Shown here piece after piece: positions 24,350 to 36,775 of a stretch of 64,000 nt of DNA (position 1 is its first letter; the number at the start of each line of letters is the position of its first letter). Both the position numbers and the translations under genes were made by a program. The notes under the pieces are model-generated. The model saw only the letters and a program-made list of their open reading frames with translations, did no database searches and was not told the origin of the DNA. This stretch comes from Felis catus (lineage: Eukaryota). The stretch is from contig NC_058368.1 in NCBI RefSeq assembly GCF_018350175.1, positions 61,196,001 through 61,260,000 on the forward strand. Reading direction: 5' to 3'.

Positions 24350-25640
24350 AACTAGTTAGAAAAAGCTGGATGAAGTGAAAATCAATAGCTTTTCTTGGAC
24401 CCTTCAGAGAAAAGATTTGAAGGACAAATAGTCACCCCAAATTGGAGGGAAAGATGAATTTAGAAAGTCACAATTGGACTTCTGCTAAACTAGAATACAA
24501 GTCATTGGAGAAATAAATTGGTAGGGGAACTTATATTGTAAATTTGACCAATTACTGGAAGCTAACTATAAACTAAACTAAAAATGAGGATTTCCTGGGG
24601 GCCATTGTCTTAGAAGAAGCCTCACACTTTAATGGGCTTAACTTCTAGGATCCCACCAATTTCTTAAAGTGAAGATCCTAAAAAGATCCCTTTCTGGCTC
24701 TCACTGAGAGAAGGAAAGTATCACCCTGGTTGAAATATAACAAGAGTCTTCTCCATAATGAAGGCATACTCTTCAAGGCAAAGCCTTTACTTGAATCTTG
24801 TGCCAAAGATAAGATGCAAGGCTTTTTCTAACTCCACCCCCATTTAGCCTTTCTGTCTCAACAAAGGGTGTAAGGCTATGCTAGAAGAAACATCTCTGAA
24901 AGTTATAGTCCAGAATTATAGGACCGCTAACAGACTGATAATTGTAAGAATATAGAATGGACCCCTCCCGGACACCCTACCACCATACCTATAAGACTCC
25001 AGAATAATAATAGTGGATTGGAGCTGAAAGAGCTTTAGTATAAAAAAATTCTAACAGGAGTATTTAGTGATGTGGTGTCTTAGAGCACAAGGGTCAGAAG
25101 AGAATTCTTGAGATGTTTTACCATGCAAAAAGGTGCTTTTATTTTAACAGAGTGATATGACCCACAGGCAAAAAGAGCTGCACATGTGATTGTGAATGAG
25201 GAGTGATTGATTATATATAGTTTTCTGTCCTGTGGGGGTGAAGATGACACTAGGGCTCCAGGAAATTGAGTCTATAGGTTCCTGAAGGTCTGACTAATGT
25301 TAAAATTGTGGTTTTCTAGTAAATCATTAAGACAGTTACAAACTATGATAGAATTTCATGTCCTACATGACTGTGATCTTTATCATTTCACCATTTGTTT
25401 CTCTCCTGCCTTTGTTCTTAGGTAGCCATGAGTATCCAAGGAATGTCATACGTATCACACGAGGTGTCAGCTTGCCTTTTGCCCTCAGTTTGCCTTTTGT
25501 CCTCCCAGCATTTAGGGTACACCAAAGTTGAGAAGGGAGAAAAAACAAATACTATAATTTTGAATGTCCTGGTGTCTACAGCAACATCAAATATTAAATT
25601 CCAGTTGCTTGCTAGATTAACATAAATCCTCACACTGTAG
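24350..25640 (+). mobile_element. L1MD-like 5' end, split by a solo LTR
   Basis: AAAAGCTGGATGAAGTGAAAATCAATAGCTTTTCTTGGACCC and GCTAGATTAACATAAATCCTCACACT resemble the recalled L1MD 5' consensus. Confidence 0.6.
25068..25510 (-). mobile_element. Carnivore ERV solo LTR (443 bp)
   Basis: TG...CA termini; perfect 5-bp TSD TTTAG at 25063-25067 and 25511-25515; minus-strand TATA-like site (about 25210-25219) followed by AATAAA (about 25138-25143). Confidence 0.88.
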
Positions 25641-25644
25641 GTCT

Positions 25645-27390
25645 AGTTCCATGTTCATGGATCAGGAGATTCCATGTTGTTAAGATGTCAATTTCCAACC
25701 TGATATGTAGATTCAACACAATCTCAAACAAAACCACAGCAAGCTCTTGTGTAGATATCAACAAACTGTTTGAAATGATTAACTAGAAAGGCAACAGACC
25801 TCGTATATACAACACAACACTGACAAAGAACAGGGTTAGACTTATACCACCTGATATTAGGTCTTCTTATAAAGTCATAGTAATCAAAACAGCATAGTCT
25901 GACAACGGAACAGACAAGTAGATCCATGGGATAGCACAGATAGCCTAGGAATAGACACACAAAAGTGTACCTACCTGATCTTTGACGAAAGAGCAAAGCA
26001 AAGGCAATTTAATGGAGAAAGAAAGTCTTTTTTAACAAACGATGCTGGAGCAATTATATACAGTGTGTGTATATATATACATATATATGTATATATATGT
26101 ATATATATATGTATATATATGTGTGTGTGTGTGTATAATAAGCATAGACATAGACCTTTCACCTTTTACAAAATTAATGCAAAATTCATTATAAGGCTAA
26201 AGGTAAAATGCTAAACTCTTAAATTTCTTAAACTATAAGCAAAAATCTAGATGGACATGTGTTTTATGATGAGTTTTAACTACAATTTCAAACCATGATC
26301 AATGCAAGCAATACGTAAGTTGAATCTTATTAACATTTAAAACTTTTTACTCTGTGATAGACACTGTTGGGAGAATGAAGAGAAAATACCACAAATGGAG
26401 AGAAATTATCTGCAAAAGAACTTATATTCAAAATATACAAAAAATTCAGTAAGAAAATTAACAGCCAAGTTAACAAATGAGCCAAAGTTCTAAACAGACA
26501 ACTCGCCAAAAAGGATATACAGAAGGCAAATAAGTATTTGAAAATATGCTCAAAACTCTGTTATCTGGGAATTTCAAATTAAAACAACAATTCTAATACC
26601 TATCAGAATGTCTAAAACCTAGAAAACAGATACTACATATTGCTGGAAAGATTTTGGAAAAATAGGCATTCTCGTTTATTGCTGGTGGTAGTGAAAAGCC
26701 AGTATAGAAGAAAGTTTAGCAGGCTCTTGTAAGATAAAATATAGACTTTTTATATAAGATGGCACTTGTATTCCTAGGTATTTACCAACTGATTTGAAAA
26801 TTTTAATCAAAACTGGCATGTGGAATATTAATAGCAGCTTTACTCAGCTTTTCTTGAATTTGGAAGCAACTAGGTACACTTCACTAGGGGAATGGGCGAA
26901 TAAACTTGATATATCCATTAATGGAATTTTATTGAATTACTTAAAAAATGAGCAATCAAGCCTTGAAAAGATATAGGTAAATCTTAAAAGCATATTTCTA
27001 AGTGCAAGAAGCAGTGTGAAAAAGTTACATAGTGTATGATTCCATTTATATGACATTATGGGAAAAGTAGAATTATAGAGACATTAAACAGATCAGAGAT
27101 AGTTGCTATGTGTTTGACAGGACGCCTTTGAGAAATGACTAATTTTAGGACTGGGTAGGAGATATATAAGAAGCATCTAAAGCATCTTGTAGTGCCAGAA
27201 AATAAGAAGGTGTTTAATAAAACAAGGAAAAACAATACAATGATAAGGGCATGTCAAAAAAATATAGGAGCCAATTGTAAAGCTCCCAACAATAAAAGCT
27301 GGAATTATTAGGAAAGAATAGAATAGAATAGATCCAAAAGTATAAAATAAATATACTGAAATAAAGAAATGATTGTACAAAGAAGTAATT
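25645..27390 (+). mobile_element. L1MC/MD ORF2 3' part and 3'UTR
   Basis: TTCCATGTTCATGGATC, GATGCTGGAGCAATT, TATGATTCCATTTATATGAC, GCATCTTGTAGTGCCAGAAAATAAGAAGG; contains (TA)n/(TG)n at about 26060-26135. Confidence 0.8.
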
Positions 27391-27968
27391 AATGCTTCTG
27401 AAGAATTTCTGGTAGTCTAGGTAGAAAATTGAAATTAGTTCCTAAGGCCAAAGTGGGTTGCTTCATTTTTCTATATCTTGAAGAGTAACTGAGTCAGCAG
27501 AGAAATGAACTGATTCACCATTGTTCCCCACTTTAAGGAGGAAATTAAGCAGAATTAATTGTGTCCCATAGTTACAGGAAACACACCAGTCACTCATGGA
27601 ATTTCCTGAATTTGGCAGTCGGAAAGCCTATATGTTGCCTTTGAGGCAGGATATCAAGCATACTGGTAACAAGGCTGATCAATGAACTCCTTATTCCACT
27701 TTTTAGGAAGCAGCAAGTTGAAGTTATCTCTATCAGAGCTCCTAATCAGCCCTATCTATAACAATGTAAACCTTTGCTGACATTTTTTTCTCTATGAGAA
27801 TGTTCCTTTACCACATTGTTCATTGTATTTTCCTAATGAATTCTACGTCTATCTTAACAAATTCAGGAATATCATTTGTATTTGGACACTAAAAGTTGAA
27901 GCACTGAGTGAGAAAATGTGTTCCTTAAAACTGAAAACAATAAAATAGTATTAAAATAAAATGTATGA

Positions 27969-28215
27969 GAGGCACCTGGGTGGATCAGCCAGTTAGGCGT
28001 CTGACTTCAGTTCAGGTCATGATCTCACAGTTCACGAGTTTGAGCCTGGCTTTGGTCTCTGTGCTGACAACTCAGAGTCTGGAGCCTGCTTCAAATTCAG
28101 TCTCTGTCTCTCTCTACTGCTCCCCCATTCATTCATTCATTCATTCATTCATTCATTCTCTCTCTCTCTCTCTCTCTCTGAAAACATAAGTAATTATTAA
28201 AAATTTTAAAAATAA
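27969..28215 (+). mobile_element. CAN-SINE with an internal (ATTC)n expansion
   Basis: Diverged head; about 8 ATTC units at 28126-28158 followed by (CT)n. Confidence 0.93.
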
Positions 28216-29883
28216 TAAGTAAAATATGTAAGCAGTTTGAATGAAATCAGAAGATGATTTGCAGATGTCTGAGTGAAGAGTATGGGTGTTTCTTACAATT
28301 ACATAAGCCTAAATTTTCTGTCAAAGACTAAAGAGTATCTTCAAAGTTCAGACCTCAAAAAAGACCCAAATTTGCATACTTTAACATAGCAGAATTATTA
28401 TACCAAAGTCCGTGTGATATCCAAATAGGGAAATATAAAAGATTGAGAAGTTTTCTGTATCTTTTCATCCCTGTTAAGTGTGCTTAAATTTTTGATCCTT
28501 AAAGAAGTGTTTGCACAATGATACAGAGCTACTTACAAATGTGCTATGAAAATAGCTCTAAAGGATAGGCAGTATCCTATTTTAAATTTATCAAACAACC
28601 TATCTGCAATTTGTTCCTCCTGTTCAGACACATTATACAAATTGAACAGTCAGGTTATCATCTCTTAGTCTTAAGGAATAAATTGCAATTCTAGACCTCT
28701 AAATCTGAATAGCAGCTTGGCCTTTGTTAACATTTAATAGCCTGCAAAGTCTCATCTGAAGTCAAAAGACATATTAACATGGACTATCTTCCAAAGAAGT
28801 TTCAAATAAAGGACTGTCCCCATAAACACTGACATTTTTAAAAGGATATGTAGGTTTTCCAAATCAAAGTGTGTTTAATACATATGAACATGTATTAACC
28901 TTTACTCATATTTATGCACTCACATGCAAAATATACTGTATGGTATTTCTGCATTTGTTTACTTTATCCTCCCTATCTAGAAAGTAGACTTGAGGAAGTC
29001 AGATACTTTTCCTGTTTTTCTTTGTTTTGTTTTTCACTGCCAAATACTTAGCACCTAGAAGTGTTTAATACATAGGAAATTGCTCAGAAAATATTTGTTG
29101 TAGGAATCATTTAATTAGTCAATGAGTGGTAAACGTTAGCTTATTTCTTACTTAATGCATTCTTATATCATTGGGTTAGTTAATACTTTTAAAATGTAAT
29201 TCTGACCTAATTTGATGATCCAGAGTCTTCTATCCAGGAAATACATAACAAGCAGTCACTTTACTATTATATATTTACATTTATTCATTATGAATTGACA
29301 AGGAAACATTTGGAAATGCTAAAATGGGATTATGCACGAGTAATTTATCATGTCTTGATTCATAATTAACTTACTTCATTTCACTTTGTTTCTAAACTGT
29401 CAAAAATATAAATGCAGATTGATTATCCATTTTCAAAACCATGTTAAGGTAACAAATGCATGCCAATGCTTCAGAGCTCTTATTCATGGTACAAACAATA
29501 TTTTTGAATAATTTCCATATAATTTCTGCATCCAAAATAACTGGAGGCTAACTGAAAACAGCAAAAAAAGATGTTTTACTTCATTTGGTGTTAATATTTT
29601 GGTGATTTATTATTAGCTTTATTATATGATAGTCCTTCTCTTAGAAAGCTTTCCTTAAACTTAAAAGTTTACTGAAATGCTGTATATCTGTGTTACCATA
29701 GCATTCTATTGCAAAAATTTGCTTCTTCAAAAGTTTACTCTCTATTTGCCCAAATCCAAGGAATTAACTTGAGGATCAAGACTGTGATTATTTTCAGTGC
29801 ACAAAAACAGTATTCACTAAGCAACGGTGGTGAACTTGAATTGATGGAAGAAATATAAAACCATTAAGATTCTCTGTGCTTTC

Positions 29884-29988
29884 GGGGCACGTGGCTCTTG
29901 ATCTTAGGGTTGTAAGTTTGAATCCCATGTTGGATGTAGAGATTACTTAAAGTCTTAAAATTTAAAAAAAAGAAAAAATGAAAAAAAA
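29884..29988 (+). mobile_element. Short CAN-SINE (SINEC_old-like) lacking its A-box
   Basis: GGGGCAC joined directly to GTGGCTCTTGATCTTAGGGTTGTAAGTTTGAATCCCATGTTGG...GATTACTTAAA, then poly(A). Confidence 0.85.
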
Positions 29989-30074
29989 TATTTTCTGTCT
30001 CTAAACATATGAAAGATTGCTATAAATTCTGAGGAGTAAAACCCCCAACTGGGAAAAAGGAAGAATTTAAAATA

Positions 30075-31225
30075 TTCTTTGTGTCTTCAATTTCCTTCAT
30101 AAGTTTTTCTATAGTTTTCAGCATGCAGATCCTTTACTCTTTGGTTAGGTTTATTACTAGGTATTTTATGGTTTTTGGTGCAATTGTACATGGGATCAAT
30201 TTCTTGATTTCTCTTTCTGTTCATTATTGGTGTATAGAAATGTAGCCAATTTCTGTACATTGATTTTGTATCCTACAACTGCTGAATTCGTGTATCAGTT
30301 CTAGCAGCCTTTTGGTGGATGGAGTCTTTCGGGTTTTCGGTGCAGAGTATCATGTCATCTGCAAAAAGTGAAAGTTTGACTTCTTCTTTGCCAGTTTGGG
30401 TGCCTTTCATTTCATTTTGTTTTCTGATTGCTGATGCTAGGGCTTCCAACACTATGTTAAACAGAGTGGTGAGAGCGGACATCTCTGTCATGTTCCTGAT
30501 CTCAGGGGGAGAGCTCTCAGTTTATCCCTATTGAGGATGATATTAGCTGTGGGCTTTTCATATATGGCTTTTATGATGTTTAGGTATGTTCCTTCTATCC
30601 CACCTTGGGGGTTTTTATTAATAAAGGATGCTATATTTTTTCAAATGCTTTTTTTTTGTATCTATTGGCAGGATCATATGGTTCCTTTTCTTTCTTTTAT
30701 TAATGTGATGTATCACATTGATTATTTTGCAAATATTGAACCAGCCCTGCAACTCAGGAATGAATCCCACTTGATCATGGTGAATAATTCTTTTTATATG
30801 CTATTGAATTTGATTTGCTAGTATCAGGTTGAGAATTTTTGCATCCATGTTCATCAGGGATATTGGCCTGAAATTCTCCTTTTTAGTGGGGTCTCTGATT
30901 GGGAATCAAGGTAATGCTGGAATCATAGAATGAGTCTGGAAGCTTTCCTTCTGTTTCTATTTTTTGGAACAACTTGATAAGGATAGGTATTAGCTCTGCT
31001 TTAAAGATCTGGTAGAATTCACCTGGGAAGCCATCTGGTCCAGGACTCTTATTTGTTGGGAGATTTTTGAAAACTGATTCAATTTCTTCACTAGTTATGG
31101 GTCTGTTCAAATTTTCTATTTCTTCCCATTTGAGTTTTGGTAGTGTGTGGGTGTCTAGGAATTTTTGCATTTCTTCCAGGTTGTCCAGTTTGTTGGCATA
31201 TAATTTTTCTTAGTATTTTCTGATA
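30075..31225 (-). mobile_element. Inverted 5' segment of a felid-type L1 (ORF2 RT)
   Basis: ORF remnants [14 protein letters not shown] and [25 protein letters not shown]. Confidence 0.95.
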
Positions 31226-32980
31226 GACACAAAGAAATGGAAAAACATTCTATGCTCATGGATTGGAAGAATAAATATTATTAAAACATCAGTACTACCC
31301 AAAACAACTAATACATTCAATGCAGTCCCAATCAAAATTGCACCAGCATTCTTCTCAAAGCTAGAATAAACAATCTTAAAATCTGTATGGAACCACAAAA
31401 GACCCTGAATAGCCAAAGTAATATTGAAAACGAAAAACAAAGTGGGAGGCATCACAATTCCAGACTTTAGCCTCTACTATAAAGCTGAAATCATCAAGAC
31501 AGTGCAGTATTGGCACAGAAACAGACACATAGACCAATGTAAAAGAATAGAGAACCTAGAACTGGACCTACAAACATATGGCTAACTAATCTTTGACAAA
31601 GTAGGACAGACTACCTGATAGAAAAGGCAGTCTCTTCAGTAAATGGTGCTGGGAGAACTAGACAGCACCATGCAGAAAAATGAAACTGGACCACTTTCTT
31701 ACACCATACACACACAAAAAAAAAACTCAAAATAGGTGAAAGACCTAAATGTGAGACAGGAAACCATTAAAATAGTAAAGGATAAAGCAGGCAACAACCT
31801 CTTTGACCTCAATTGCAGCAATTTCTTGCTGGACACATCTCCAAAGGCAAGGAAATTAAAAGCAAAAATGAACTATTGGGACCTCATCAAGATAAAAAGC
31901 TTCAGCACTGCAAAGGAAACAATCAACAAAACTAAAAGGCAACTGACAGAATGGGAGACAATATTTGCAAGTGACATATTGGATAAAGGGTTAGTATCCA
32001 AAATCTTTAAAGAATTTACCAAACTCAACACCCAAAAAGCAAATAATCCAGTGAAGAAATGGGCAGAAGACATGAATAGACACTTTTCCAAAGAAGACAT
32101 CCAGATGACAAACAGACACGTGGAAAGATGCTCAATGTCACTCATCCTCAGGGAAATACAAATCAAAGCCACACTGAGATACCACCTCACACTGGTCAGA
32201 GTGGCTAAAATGAACAAATCAGGAAACAACAAGTGCTGGCGAGGATGTGGAGAAATGGGAACCTTCTTGCACTGTTGGTGGGAATGCAAACTGGTGCAGC
32301 CGCTCTGGAAAACAGTGTGGAGGTTCCTCAAAAAAATTAAAAATAGAACTACCCTATGACCCAGCAATAGGACTTCTAGGAATTTATCCAAAGGATACGG
32401 GAGTGTCGATTCATTAGGGGGGCACATGTACCCCAATGTTTATAGCAACGCTTTCAACAATAGCCAAGTTATGGAAAGAGCCTAAATGTCCATCAACTGA
32501 TGAATGGATAAAGAAGATGTGCTTTATATATATAATGGAATTCTACTTGGCAATGAGAAAGAATGAAATCCTGCTATTTGCAGCAACATGGATGGAACTG
32601 GAAGGCATTATGCTGAGTGAAATAAGTGAGTCAGAGAAAGACAGGTACCATATATTTTCACTCATATGTGGATCCTGAGAAACTTAACAGAAGACCCGGG
32701 GGGATGGGAGGAGGAAAAATAGTAATAAGCAGAGAGAGAGGGAGGCAAACCATAAGAGACTCTTAAATACAGAGAACAAACTGAAGGTTGATGAGGGGGC
32801 AGTGTAGGAGAGGGGAAAATGGGTGATGGGCATTGAGGAGGGCACTTGCTGGGATGAGCACTGGGTGTTCTATGTAAGTGATGAACCATGGGAATCCACT
32901 CCCAAATCCAAGAGCACACTGTACACACTGTATGTTAGCCAATTTGAGAATAAATTATATAAAAACATTAAAACAAAATA
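31225..32980 (+). mobile_element. Sense 3' segment of the same L1 (ORF2 C-terminus, 3'UTR, A-tail)
   Basis: 207-aa ORF2 remnant with [22 protein letters not shown]-rich 3'UTR; AATAAA. Confidence 0.96.
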
Positions 32981-33762
32981 AAATATAAAAGATGAGATTC
33001 TAGAAGCAGCATCTGGATTAACATAATTGATTGTTCCTATAGCTGTAGATTCAAAAGTAAGATTTGCCATTATGGAGGCATAAGCAATGTTATCCTTAAA
33101 GCAATATGCTTTTATCTATTATTATCTATTATTATGCAAATATATATTATTATGCAAAATAAAAGGATAGAGAAGTTGATGCTTAGCATTTGTCAATAAT
33201 AGGAGAATATATATTCCATTAAGAATTTTTTAGGGTTTAAGGAAAGTATAAAATATTAGCTTAGTAGAATATGTATTGAGATATAACAACTTTTAAGATC
33301 CTTATTTCTGAAATTATGCATTTAATTTTTTTTAATTTTATGTATCTGATTACCATTTTGTGTGTGTGTGCTAAATGCCTGTATAGGGAGAAAGAATATC
33401 TATGTCTCACCACTTACAGTATAGTGTATCATAAAAGGCTTATGGGACTAAAGAGGAAATTAGTGTTTAATTTCAATGAAAAATTATACACATTAAGTGT
33501 AATGTATTTGGCTCATTTGATTTTCAAGAACTGAGAGTACCAAGTAATGTCAACTAATGGGGTATAGAAGTAAGATTATCAAAAATGTCATATGCACCCA
33601 GTGACAACTGTTCCTATGGAGACTACAGCACAGTTGAGATGTAGAAAGGTCTTTGGCAACTCAGTTACCTCCTTGATCCTTCAACAACTGGAATTCTTAA
33701 TCTTTCAGTATTATAGTGAATCAGCTTTATTCCTTGTTACCGTTGTTACTACTACTAGTAGT

Positions 33763-33808
33763 ATTCTATTCTATTCTATTCTATTCTATTCTATTCTATT
33801 CTATTCTT
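33763..33808. repeat. (TATTC)n microsatellite
   Basis: About 9 units. Confidence 0.95.
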
Positions 33809-33984
33809 ATAGCTACTATAACTCTATTTTATATCAACACATTAGCATATACATGAAATACAGAATATATAGACATATAGAGAATATATAATATAAACAC
33901 ATACATATATACATATACACATATAAATGATATAATGCAGTTCTACTTTTTTTTCCTAAATGGATGTCTCAGGTTTAAAAATGA

Positions 33985-34346
33985 TGCTTGGAATGAATAT
34001 TTGTGTTCCCAAAATTCATATATTGAAACTTGATCCCCAATGATGGTATTTGGTTGTGGAGACTTTGAGAGATAATTAGATCATGAAGGTGGATCCCTCA
34101 TAAATGGGATTAGTGATCTTATCTATGGGAAGAGATATGAGAGAAATGATCTTTCTCTTCCATGTAAGGACACAGCAAGAAAACAGCTGTCTGAGACCAG
34201 TAAGAAGGCTCTCATGAGAACCTGACTATCCTGGCACCCTGATCTTGGACTTCCCAGCCTTCAGAACCATGAAGAATACTTTTTTTTCCTTTTTTGTTTA
34301 TGTTACATAGTCTATGATTTTCAGTTAATGCAGCCTAAACTAAGAT
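33985..34346 (+). mobile_element. MLT1A-like MaLR LTR
   Basis: TGTGTTCCCAAAATTCATATATTGAAAC...CTGGCACCCTGATCTTGGACTTCCCAGCCTTCAGAAC...CTAAACTAAGATA. Confidence 0.88.
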
Positions 34347-34389
34347 ATTTCCCTCAAAACTCCTCTATTTTCAGTGACCTGTATTATAT

Positions 34390-34615
34390 AGAGCTGTGCT
34401 CTTTCATACAGGAGCCATGAATTTGAATACATACTTGAACTATATGAATACATACTTAAAGTAATTAAACTTAAGTATAGTTAAAAGTTAAGTTCTTCAG
34501 TCACAGTAGCCATATTTCAAGTGCTCACTAGCCACATGTGGCCATGTTATCTTATTACACAGAATAAATTATTAATATTTGTTCATCACAGAAAGTTCTG
34601 TTGGTTATCACTGCT
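34390..34615 (-). mobile_element. MER3-like hAT-Charlie MITE
   Basis: TTTCAAGTGCTCACTAGCCACATGTGGC and CATCACAGAAAGTTCTGTTGG. Confidence 0.8.
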
Positions 34616-34649
34616 ATAAAAATTAGAAATAATACATTAAAGCACTTAA

Positions 34650-34815
34650 AGTATATCAACTGCCACTTCTTAGCTAAGTGACCTTAAACTATCTCTTAAT
34701 TCTTAGAGGTTTTAATTTCCTCATATTTATAATATGGGTGGTAATGGTACCTGTATTATAAGCTTTTTACCATGATAAATTATTATACATACAGTCTTTT
34801 ACAGAGTGACTAGTA
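34650..34815 (+). mobile_element. MIR fragment
   Basis: CTGCCACTTCTTAGCTAAGTGACCTT...TTTCCTCATATTTATAATATGGG. Confidence 0.6.
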
Positions 34816-34849
34816 AATTGAGAAACTGAAGATACAAATGGACAATAGT

Positions 34850-35285
34850 CATATCATATATAAAAATAAAATTCTGACCCACAATCTGCAGCATCCAGTC
34901 CAGGAAGCCAACTTAGTATCTGTATCAATCAGTCCTAGAAGTCAACCTATTACCTTTAGCAACCACTCCAGGAAGCCAGTCTATAACCTATGTAGTAGTT
35001 GACCCCGATTGAGCAGGACTTGTTAGTAACTGACAGCTTCCCTAACCTCCCTCCCACCTTCCAACTTAGGACCAAATGAAGAAAGCTAAATATTTACCCC
35101 TAACCAATCACATCAGGTGCTGTGCTTGTAGGCAATCCACCTACAGCCTTCCCATGCTAACAGCCTTTAAACAAGGCATACTTGAAGTTTTCCCTTTTTC
35201 CACTATAAAGTTTTCCCATTCCTGTTTGTCTTTGGGTCTTTGCCAAAGTGCAAGTTGTAAGCTTGCTTTTATTTAGCAATTATTA
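34850..35285 (+). mobile_element. ERV1-class LTR (MER87/MER90-like)
   Basis: ATTCTGACCCACAATCTGCAGC with reiterated CCAGGAAGCCA units, CCAAT (TAACCAATCAC) and CTATAAAG. Confidence 0.65.
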
Positions 35286-36621
35286 GAGTCCCTGAATTAT
35301 TGTACTCTGTGAAAGATGGTAACCTGTTGAAAGGAGTCAGTGTATGTAGTCATTCTGTTGGCTATATTGAAAATCCAGCCTTTACAAAGGACCATGCCAT
35401 TTTGTGTCTGTATGTGACTTACAGATTTAAGAAAGAAAGTATGGTGATTTACAATGGCATGTATGTCCTTTATGGACTTCCCCTATGTTTGGATTGGCTC
35501 TTGATCTGTACACCATTTTGCTCCTATCTTGTGTCAAACCTCCAACCCTTTCTAAGGACAAGTTCAACAACACCCATGACTTTATAATAGAACACCAAAT
35601 TTGGGAAAGTAACACTCTCCTATGGCATTGCAGAGCCTATTCAAGAGATCAAATACTTAGCATATATTTTAGAACAGGTCAATGATACAGGATCCCTTTT
35701 CGACATGCCTTAAGCCTACTTAAAATTGTGATGATTTCCATCAGAAGTATGGACTTATAGAATTACATGGCTTTGTTCACCTTTTAGAGCAAAGGAAAGA
35801 GTGACTTCTCTTATTAACTAGGAATGCTACCTCCATTTTCAAATGAATGCAAATATGTTCATGAATTTTCAAACCATATCCAGAAGGAAGATGCTATGTT
35901 TTACAAGACACATAGGATCTATTCACCTTGGCAGATTATCTTTACAGGAACTTAGGGATAAAATTATATAATGTGTAATAGTGGTGCTGGAAAAAATGAT
36001 CCATATTAAGCAGTAATTCTTCAAAAATGTGCTATGAATTGAAGACTTAAAACTGCCTCACAATATAACTCATCTAGATATGAAACAAGTAAGATCCACT
36101 AAGAATATACTTTAAATTATCAGAAAAATGAGAGATAAAGAGCCTTAAAAAGATAGACATTTAAGGAAAATATTCCATATTTCTAGCAAGTCTCTTCTCT
36201 GAAAAGTACAATTATTCTCCAAAGTTAGAGAATTTAGACTGATTTGCTTGTGTTGTAATCTGCTTCACTAATAATAATTATACTGGCATCTATCTCTGTT
36301 TTTTAAAAGGTGTATATAAACTTTTTCCTACAGAGCTAGAAGCCAATAACTATACTTCATTCAGGCCTGTAGGCAGTTAGAAAAGAAAAAAAAATTAACC
36401 AATCATTTTTCTTTTGACATTTACATTACCACTTTTTACAACATTTATTAATGGCTACATTTATTTTACTGTAAGAATAGACAAGCAATGCTTTAAAATC
36501 TCTGATTTGGGGCACTTCCATGCATTCATTTATATAATTAGCATATAAACTTATAGATGTCATCAAAAGATTTTGAGTCTGTCTTTAGATTGTCCTCTGA
36601 CTATTGGATGTGATGTTTAAG

Positions 36622-36672
36622 GTGTGTGTGTGAGTGTGTGTGTGTGTATGTGTGTGTGTGTGTGAGCGTGTG
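36622..36672. repeat. (TG)n microsatellite
   Basis: Interrupted TG repeat. Confidence 0.95.
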
Positions 36673-36722
36673 AATAAAATTACTGAAACTGTGAGCACTT
36701 TCTTTCCTATATTTTTACTCAC

Positions 36723-36775
36723 ATGAAAATGTATTTCTACTACTTACCTAGATAAATAAAAAATTGAAATCAATG
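36723..36775 (-). other. Candidate recursive splice site (AG|GTAAGT) with a 25-nt RS-exon
   Basis: Minus strand reads TTTCATTGATTTCAATTTTTTATTTATCTAG|GTAAGTAGTAGAAATACATTTTCAT|GTGAGT. Confidence 0.3.

Noticed and set aside
31736..32436. 207-aa ORF and the antisense 187-aa ORF as genes
   Set aside because: L1 ORF2 C-terminal remnant and its shadow frame; upstream ORF2 has stops and frameshifts.
35300..35690. Three overlapping short ORFs in unique-looking DNA
   Set aside because: No recognisable protein similarity and no matched splice-site pair.
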